Positions 35,712 to 44,601 of a DNA stretch of 44,601 nt are shown here, one piece after another; the first letter of the stretch is position 1, and the number at the start of each line of letters is the position of its first letter. The notes beneath the pieces are model-generated. The model searched no databases. It saw only the letters and a program-made list of their open reading frames with translations, and was not told where the DNA came from. The stretch comes from Octopus bimaculoides (taxonomy: Eukaryota): assembly GCF_001194135.2 (NCBI RefSeq), contig NC_068983.1:144167165-144211765 (forward strand), given 5' to 3'. A program made the position numbers and the translations under genes.

Positions 35712-35796
35712 GTGAGTTTATCATCGTTAGGCCTTCTTCAGACAAGGCATCGAACGAATGTTTTGTCAATATGTGTGACTGCAGGAATTTGAAAAC

Positions 35797-35797
<1 letters not shown>

Positions 35798-35862
<65 letters not shown>
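35798..35862. repeat. (AAT)n microsatellite, tail of the adjacent SINE
   Basis: Seen directly. Confidence 0.95.
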
Positions 35863-35864
<2 letters not shown>

Positions 35865-36050
35865 GTTTCAACTTTTGCCACAAGGGCAGCAATTTTAGGG
35901 GAGGGGATGAGTCGATTACATCTACCCCAGAGCTGAATTGGTACTTATTTCATCGACTCTGAGAGGATGAAAGGCAAAATCGACCTTGCCGGAATTTGAG
36001 CTCAGAACGCAGCAGCAGACGAAATACCACTTAGCATTTTGCCCGGCAAT
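35862..36050 (-). mobile_element. SINE family C (tRNA-derived head + Deu/Nin-like domain)
   Basis: Minus strand: CTGAGCTCAAATTCC...GCCTTTCATCCTCTCAGAGTCGATGAAATAAGTACCAA...GTAATCGACTC...GAAACCATTATT. Confidence 0.85.
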
Positions 36051-36166
36051 AAAAATAACAATAATAAAAATAACAACAACAACGACAACAATAATAATAT
36101 AAAAAAAAATAATAATAGTAATAATCGTTATTATTATTATTATTATCATTATTGTTGTTGCTGTTG

Positions 36167-36258
36167 TTCATCGACTCCGAAAGGATGAAAGACAAAACTG
36201 ACCTCGGCGGAATTTGAGCTCAGAACGTAGCGGCAGACGAAATACTACTACCCGGCAA
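36167..36258 (-). mobile_element. Second, partial SINE family C copy
   Basis: catcgactccgaaaggatgaaag...ggaatttgagctcagaacg...cagacgaaatac repeats 35950-36030. Confidence 0.75.
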
Positions 36259-36283
36259 TAATAATAATAACAACAACAACAGC

Positions 36284-36331
<48 letters not shown>

Positions 36332-36351
36332 AATAATAATAATAATAATAA
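36257..36351. repeat. (AAT)n/(AAC)n compound microsatellite
   Basis: Seen directly. Confidence 0.95.
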
Positions 36352-36354
36352 GTT

Positions 36355-36958
36355 TGATCTTGGCTATGAGGCAGACGACGAAGCTCCACAGCACTTCCCG
36401 AAACCAAAGTTGCACCAAAAGAAGGTCATGGTGACTGGTGGTCTGCGGCCGGTCTCATCAATCATAGCTTTTTGGATCCAGGCGAAACCATTACGGCGGA
36501 GAATTACTGTCAGCAAATGGATGAAATGCACAAGAAACTCCGACAACAGCCAGCATTGGTCAATAGAAAAGGACCAATTCTTCTCCACGACAACGCTCGG
36601 CCGCACATCACACAACTGACACTGCAGAAGTTGAACGAATTGGACTACGAAACTCTGCCTCATCCGCCATACTCACCAGACCTCTCGCCTACCAACTACG
36701 ACTTTTTCAAGCATCTCGACAACTTCTTGTGTGAGAAATGCCTAAAAAACCAAGACGATGCCAAACACGCCTTCAACGACTTCATCGCCACCAGAACGCA
36801 GGGTTTTTACGCTACTGGCATAAGTAAACTTCTTTCGCGTTGGAAAAGTGTGTTGATTTTGATGGTGTTTATTTTTATTAATAAAGTTTTGTTTGAACCG
36901 AGATATGTACATCTGCATTTAAAGGTTAAAAACCGCAAGAACTTTCTTGACAACCTAA
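36355..36958 (+). mobile_element. 5'-truncated mariner, Hsmar1-like (cecropia subfamily) 3' half with right TIR
   Basis: DEAPQHFPKPKLHQKKVMVT / WSAAGLINHSFLDPGETIT...ALVNRKGPILLHDNARPH...PHPPYSPDLSPTNYDFFKHLDNFL...FYATGISKLLSRW; third catalytic D34 to N; terminal AACCGCAAGAACTTTCTTGACAACCTAA. Confidence 0.93.
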
Positions 36959-38729
36959 AACTTCAGCTACATATTAATGATAATAATCATATATGTACAT
37001 GTATATATATAAATATATCCATAATATATTTACAAGTATACTTTACCCACTAGAAACATTAGAAACATTTAACGCTGCCAGAAATTGAACTCTCTCACAG
37101 ACATCATTTTTCTTTAGGCATCAAACTTTAGAAATTTAAGTGAAACCTCCTTCGCTTGTACCTCACTAGTCGGGGGTGGATCGTACAGTTGATGAGCGTA
37201 CCACCAATGGAATCATTAAAAAATTACATTATCGAAGTTAATAAGATTGGTAACNNNNNNNNNNAAACATTTAACGCTGCCAGAAATTGAACTCTCTCAC
37301 AGACATCATTTTTCTTTAGGCATCAAACTTTAGAAATTTAAGTGAAACCTCCTTCGCTTGTACCTCACTAGTCGGGGGTGGATCGTACAGTTGATGAGCG
37401 TACAGTTGTTGAGCGTACCACCAATGGAATCATTAAAAAATTACATTATCGAAGTTAATAAGATTGGTAACAAAATAGGAGATGATATTTCAGGTTGCGT
37501 CTTTCTTCGAATTTTATTATTTTTTGCCGTTATATACCACCATTATTAGTTTTATTCAGACTCTGGTTTCTATTTGTATCAATACTAATGTTTACTTTAA
37601 ATTAACGCTGTTAATACGATTAGATCATGTGCTTTATGAAATGGTAACGAAGTTTTCTTTGTATCACAGATTGTTACTCTCTAGAATTTGATATTAAATT
37701 TTAGAATATTCCTCTTATAAAACCATCACTTTAATTAGTCTATTGTGTAAGCTATAAGGGAATGTTTTTCTCTGTCTGTGTAGAAGAAATATCATAATAG
37801 CAAATTTAGTAGTTAACAGCTAAATTCTTTTTGTACGTTGTTCAGTCACTGATTAAAGAATGTCGAATTATAACTCGGCTGAGCTAACCTATATGATATT
37901 ATGCACTTGGTCGTAAGATTGGATCATTTGGACTCAACATTTCTTTTATCGCACATAAATATTAAAGCACGATTACACACATATACATTTACACACATTT
38001 GGGCATTCGTGTGGTATTGAAAGCAAGTCGATAAAAACACTCATCAGTTTGAAAGTGTTCCTATTGCTTACTTCTATACCAGTCAGTGATGGGGGTTTGG
38101 GAAGCCACGCACCATGGCTATAATCATTGCACCACACCTGAGCAGTAAACAAAGCGACAGCCTTTTTTAGGTGATTTGTCCACTAACATATATGTAAAAA
38201 CTAAAATAATGAAACACAGCTATGGGTATCCACAAGGATAAATAGATAAAAAGTGAAACGTAACAATCACAGCTGGACAAATTTATCAAGATCTTGAAGC
38301 CAGACTAAAATATTTGAAAAACGAATCCATACATAGACGAAACAATTTTCAATAACATTAATCTGATAAATGTTGTTTATTGTTTACGAAACTATATGCT
38401 TCACAGTCTTCAGATTTTTTTGCATCGTTATTATAAATCTCACACAAAGACAATCGCAACTACCACCTTATACATTGAAGCATTCATGCACATTGAAATA
38501 ATTTGATTGACTTGGTTATATACAAATAATAAAATTAAGCAAATCAGTATGGAGACTAAAACAAATCCTATTTGCATTGGCTAGAAGTAAGTTTACGTAA
38601 ATAGTGTAAGTATAATTTACATATAAGTAGAAAATAGTATGGTATAGAGAATAGAGTTGTATTTTTTGTTATATAAACAGACAATGTGCATATCTAAGTT
38701 GAAAATATAGAGTAGAAATGTATTATAAG

Positions 38730-38779
<50 letters not shown>

Positions 38780-39480
38780 TTTTGTTATATTTAAGTTGTA
38801 AATACAGATAAGTGCATATCAGCTATAAATACAGCTATAAATACAAGCATAGGTAATAAAAATTAGAACCTAGTACGTGAGATATATTAGAAAATCAGGC
38901 AAAGATACACAGGCTTGAAATGTGTAGAAATGTATTGTTGGTTATAAGGACTCTGTTATATGTTGTATACAGAAATGTAAGTTCAGTACTTCCCTAGATG
39001 CAAACGGAGAGACTATTTCCATTTATACATATAGTCTAGAGATATATGTGAGTCACGCATACAAATTAAAAGCATGTAAGCGATACACTGACTGCAAAGT
39101 GTAATATAAGTCACATACATATGCAGACTAAAGCCTATGTAAGCTATATATACCAACTACAGCTGTGTCATAAGTAATACGTACAAACTACTGCACATAA
39201 TCTAAACATACAGACTAGAGGTTTACATAATCTCTATATATAGACCAAAATATGTGTATAATCTGTTTCATTAATTATAAATAAGTTTACATAAGTTAGC
39301 TTAATTTTAACAAATGAAATGTTCGGAGTAGCAATAATGTCGATGCATTCACCGGAAGAGACTTTTTACAATAACTATTGAGACAATGTGTGCGAGTGAA
39401 TATATTACGAATTAGTTCACTTACCTAATAAATTAATATATTGTTCATAAGCAGCGGTAAGCTGTTTGCTCTCTCTATAG

Positions 39481-39586
39481 GTGAAACACGATTACACGCT
39501 CTTCGTAACACTACAGTCCCCAGTCGAATCTAATCGAATTATCCGCGTGTTCATACTACAGAGAAATACCTGCAGTTTTACCCAAT
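39481..39586 (+). CDS. Candidate 106-nt exon (phase 0 in, phase 1 out): VKHDYTLFVTLQSPVESNRIIRVFILQRNTCSFTQ
   Basis: Acceptor tgtttgctctctctatAG, donor AAT|GTATGT; the phase-0 frame is the only one open across the interval. Confidence 0.3.
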
Positions 39587-42500
39587 GTATGTTTATTCAA
39601 TTTGCATATGTCAACCTCTTAACAATTTACTACCTACACATATATAGTCTCAATACTTTGGTTACGTTTTATAAGTTATACATACAGAAGCGAACGTCGT
39701 AGATATTTATTTCCTAGCGACTAGTGGGTCTGTGTTACGGATACGGTTCTTGATCAAAGTAATTTTAATTTAATTTATACAGCAAAATGCCCTTGTATAA
39801 AATGTCGCATTTCCGCCCAATTCTATTATAACAGAGTGCTTAGGTATTAGACGAAACACTCACATAACAACAAATATAGTGAAAAATCAAACTTCAATAG
39901 AAAACCATACATTTGTAAACAAGGTGTAACTTGATTGAATATAAACCCCACAAAACACTACCTATGTTTTTTTTCCTTGTCTTCTCCGCAAACTAAAAAT
40001 AAAGGCACTTCGGTGAGGTCTCAAAATGTAAGCATTTGCTACTTAACACCGGAAAGCATTTATCTAACTTCCACCGTTTCTCCTACTCCACTGTCAACCA
40101 CAAAGTCAATTGAAATAAAATAAAAAATATTTAATTAAAATAGCGTCAAAGCATAAGGTTTCCATGTGAGCTGAGTCAACATAACTTCTTTGATTAAAGT
40201 TTGTAGCTGCTTCATGAGAAACGTATGAACATCGTAAGTTCTCATTTTATCTCGACCTAAACTGTGTTTTTACCTGCCAAAAGAAGTTATTCATGTAATT
40301 TGCATATCAGCGACAGGTTGGTGCAAGTAATGTAGCGCTTGACTACTCATTTCATTTTTGAATCGGTTTTGAATCAGCTATGATGGAAATGGATGTTAGC
40401 AATTCGTCATGTGAATAATTTATTACGGCCAATCCCGTATCAACCTGTGCTCAGCAAAGCAAGTTAACATTAATCAATGTTAAAGAGCTTCCGCAGTTCA
40501 CACCGGAGATCTATCCTTGTCATGTCATTTACTTTCAGCCTCGTGGGTTTGTCTCTCGAAATGAAAATAAGTTGATTATGCTTTTAGCCCTGAGCTGAAG
40601 ATCGGATTCGAATCATTGTCCTCTGAATAGTTTGTCTGGTATACTACCATCCAATCATGTACCACACTAAAAAAACACACAAAATGTCTTACCACTGTAA
40701 GGAATTTAGTATGGTATAGAGAGTCCATGTACATTTTAAGTTCAAAACCTGTCGAGTACAGGTTTTTCGTTGTCTACTATATATGAAAGCAGTACTGATA
40801 ATGTATTGCCGTCAGTTTATTTGGTTATAAATCTCTTGAAATGATTGGTTGTCTGAATACAGAAGAAAAATCAGCATATGTCGAAATCAGTGTAAACTGA
40901 GTTGACCTATAGGCATTTCGCTAGAAGTCTGAAGCTTTGAAATGACAAAATATTCACTATATGCATATACGAACGGCAGCTCCAAACTCCAAACAACAAA
41001 AGCAACTTACAATTTTTACTGAAAAATCCATATTTTATTAACCTTTAAGGCAGCTTTTATGAGAATGTGATTAATGAAACAAACAATACAAAACTCTTGC
41101 TGAGAAAGATTATCCAGATGCTAAAAGCTATATAAAATTATTCATACACATACCAAAATATGTACTAAATTTCAATTTGATCCACAATTATTTATTTTTG
41201 TTTTAAATACATTTTGTTTTATACATGTTATCTGTTTAAATTTTGTCTTCATACATATCTGGGGAAAATCAGCTTTACTGAGACTAAGTTGTATCCATAA
41301 ACCAAAGGTAGTGATAGAATATGAAGCCCTAACTTACTGGCTGGTTGTGCAGTACAAGATTGATACAGCTGCCTGGGTTCTAATCCTGATAATACAATAA
41401 GAGAAATATCGTCTCGGTAATAATAATTTCACAATCACTCAGACATAGTTGCCACTGTATAGCAGCAAGCCGAGACTGTGAAGCAGTTTCATTACTGAAT
41501 TCGAGTTATTTAACTTGACTTATTTAATAATCCTGAAGAAGGCCTAAAACTAAGAGTATTCCCCTTTTAAAATTTAAGGGTTTCCCGAACTAGTTAAAGC
41601 GAATTATACAGTAGTAAGTTTTAGTTGTTTAACCAAGATCATCCTTGATCCAACTGATCTTCGATTAAAGGTGTTCCATCTGTCAACAGTCACGTATTTT
41701 GTTGGTGTCATAGTTTATCGAGGACTACATTTACCAATGTGTCATGTTTTTCATATGATATGGTAGAACAAGGGCCTCATGCAAAGAAACTTCGAAAATA
41801 TTCTTAGATGGGCTGATGCCAATCTCCCCTCAGTCAACACAAAGATTCAAGCGCTATAGGTATATAGAAAAGATAAAGCGCAACCGGTAAACACAAAATA
41901 AGAAACCCTGGAGATTACTGCAGAAAAGTGATATAATCATCACTGACGATGTCTCCTAGCAAACGTGAACTCTCAACCGTAGCTATGACTAACATTGCTA
42001 CCTCTTTTAAACCCAGAAAATACTTCTGCTTCATAGATCTACTTTCCAGTCGCAGTACTAGATGGTATTGTGCATGATATACAAAATATTTGGCCTTTTA
42101 TTCTAATAGGCGAAGCAATCATCTGAAGGCTCGTAGAAATGATTTGTATCGTGTGTGTATAATTTAAAGGGTTAATTACTTTGACCACTAACAAACACGC
42201 AAATTCGAATTTTAAGGTAATTATTCAGTTATAGAGTAACGGTATCTATTTAGATTACACTGTTAAGCGATACGCATGAATGATAAAGTATCTTGCCCTG
42301 CTTATAACCGTTCTCTCACTTTGTCTAATTCTGTTTCATTATCTGGCCTGAATATGAATAGTGGAGCTCAGTCGACTGATACAATTCATTAATCATATCA
42401 GTACCACAACATGCATATTTTCCAGTCTGTTGTTTTCTAAATTTTCTTTCGTTTACTTTTTTGTTTAGTAGTTTACTTTTTCTTTAATCAATTCTGTTAT

Positions 42501-42870
42501 CTAAATCTTATCTTTGTGGTCTTGCACTTGAAGACATGTGCGTTTTCATCCTCACGTGACTATTTGTCGAAATGTTTTGCTTTATCTTTCATCCACCTCT
42601 TGCCCTTATCCTTGTTTTCAGCTCCAATTTATTCCTCTACTCACGAATATTCATTTGTACACACTTAATTTGGACAGTTACTTTACATTCACGTGCGCAT
42701 GCCCATACACGCAACACTTAACACATAACTAAACGTAAACACAGAAACACACATACGCACAGACACAGTAAGCACATATAAAAATATTCTCGTGTGTGTC
42801 TATACGTGTATGATTAGAAGTTTGTGTGTGTGATATCGATATGATTAGCATATACTTGTTTTTGTTTTAC

Positions 42871-42918
<48 letters not shown>

Positions 42919-42923
42919 GACTA

Positions 42924-42980
<57 letters not shown>

Positions 42981-42989
42981 GACTGTCTG

Positions 42990-43044
<55 letters not shown>

Positions 43045-43053
43045 GTCTATCTG

Positions 43054-43109
<56 letters not shown>

Positions 43110-43114
43110 CCTAC

Positions 43115-43175
<61 letters not shown>
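42871..43175. repeat. Long compound (TCTA)n/(TCTG)n microsatellite
   Basis: Seen directly; source of the IYLS-repeat ORF. Confidence 0.97.
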
Positions 43176-43564
43176 AATCGCTTCTTCCCTCTGTGTGTGT
43201 GCGTGCGTGTGTAATGTGCATGTTTACACAAATATGTTTGCTTATTGATTTGAGAATTTTATAAACGAACCACTGTATTTATGACGACGCATGCTTTTGT
43301 ATAAGCCTAAGCGTGCATATGTATTTGTATTCTATTTGCCGTTGTCTATGATACTGATAAGGATTTGATTTATTCTCAGATTACAAACAGTTGCCATTTA
43401 TAGAGTGAGTTTACAATTAACAGCCTTTACCGATGAGTTGGCTACAGATGTTGGATCGTGCCGATACAGTGTTCAGTTAAGCTATTCTAAGGAAATTTGT
43501 TGAATACTGCATCTGTTGTTATTGATATAGCAACAAACAACAACAGCAATAACAATACTTATAA

Positions 43565-43740
43565 TAATGGTTTCAAATTTAAGCACAAGGTCAGCAGTTT
43601 TAGAGGAGGGAGTAAGTCGATTACATCGACCCCTGTACTCAACTGGTACTTATTTGATCAATTCCTGGAATGATGAAAGGCAAAGTCGAATCGGTGAATT
43701 TGAACTCAGAGCATAAAAACGGACGTAATGTTACTAGGCT
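43565..43740 (-). mobile_element. SINE family C
   Basis: aatggtttcaaattt...gtcgattacatcgacccc...actggtacttattt...gatgaaaggcaaagtcga...gaatttgaactcaga. Confidence 0.85.
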
Positions 43741-43744
43741 TATA

Positions 43745-44601
43745 AAAATTTGTTTCAAAAGTAATTGTCAATTCAAATTGTAAGAATTTACGGCCACCCT
43801 TTTTTCTTGGCAAGTAAAGTTATTCTTCATCTGCCTTAGGGCAGTGCATTCTATCTATTGTCAACATTTTTCGAATTATTCGATCAAGATTACATATTTC
43901 AGTAAATGACCAATTAATAATATTGAAACTCTAAGTCACGACCAGTATGGCTAAAGTATTAATCGCTTCGATTTTGTTTCTTGCGTTTAGCTGTGTCTTG
44001 AATATTGCCCTCACCCTGTGATAACATTCTTTTCTAATGATCTTGTCCCTCTCATTGAATGTTTAATTCCATCACCTCCATACACCCCTGAGAATTTGTA
44101 ACCCTTCTCTCGTTCTAACTCCTTTATAACTTTCTCTTGGTCATCGTTGGATGTTTCTATCATTTTCCCTGTGATAAAGGAAACTTTTGCGCATTTATCT
44201 AGGCCATATTCCATCCTGACGTCACCACTAAACCGTTTTGCAATTACTAGTGAGCCCTGTAGTTGCTGGTCATTTTTGAAAAAGGCTATAAATCATTCAC
44301 GTAAAAGAAATGATTTATAGTTTTGCCAGAAATTTTATAGCGACATTGTACTTTATCGAGCAATTTGGAAAGAAGTATTAAGTCTGGTCAGAAGAGGAGT
44401 GGTGATAGAGAGACGCCCTGGAAAATTCTTACATCCTCAACAGTCACCGATTCAGTCACGTTATTCAAAAGCAGTGTAGTTTTCCATGATTTCATACTCG
44501 CAGATAAGAAGTTTCGCAAAGCAGGTACTATTTTATAAATTTCCAAAACATTTCTCCATCAGGCTATTGATAGGTTCTTGTGCTGCCGTGACAATCTTCC
44601 A
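43745..44601 (-). mobile_element. Decayed R4/Dong-like reverse transcriptase fragment, runs off the window edge
   Basis: Minus strand: RIFQGVSLSPLLF, INHFFYVNDL (YMDD position decayed), RMEYGLDKCAK, GYKF, NKIEAINTLA, MHCPKAD..LYLPRKKGG. Confidence 0.88.

Noticed and set aside
36472-37053. 193-aa ORF as an intact or domesticated transposase (SETMAR-like) gene
   Set aside because: 5' half is missing, third catalytic D is N, and the C-terminal 70 aa come from a frameshift running through the TIR into flanking DNA.
37063-37471. About 190-bp tandem duplication around a 10-N gap
   Set aside because: Copies are identical except for a 15-bp indel; most likely two haplotypes or overlapping contig ends.

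Overview
Eukaryotic, AT-rich, microsatellite-saturated scaffold window with 15 N-gaps (about 5.3 kb), most of them abutting a di-, tri- or tetranucleotide repeat. The SINE families and repeat landscape look like an octopus (coleoid cephalopod) genome; this is inference from recalled repeat motifs, not a database hit. No rRNA, true tRNA, CRISPR or prokaryotic genes are supported, and most of the ORF track is artefact (N runs, microsatellites, antisense shadows). Supported content: (i) RLE-type non-LTR retrotransposon remnants, namely a near-intact HERO-like RT at the left edge and seven R4/Dong-like fragments, six of them clustered at 16.5-21.5 kb, with both (TAA)n- and (TACA)n-associated subfamilies; (ii) Tc1/mariner elements, namely a full-length decayed mariner, a long-TIR IR/DR Tc1-like element with D37E spacing, an Hsmar1-like 3' half, an internally deleted mariner and four TA-flanked MITE copies; (iii) many tRNA-derived SINE pieces; (iv) two unexplained foldbacks, a 508-bp inverted repeat and an 81-nt hairpin; (v) a tentative plus-strand host gene made of tiny exons missed by the ORF track (signal-peptide exon at 10342, WWVDPDNY exon at 33904, possible 7-nt microexon). 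All alignments were done by eye.
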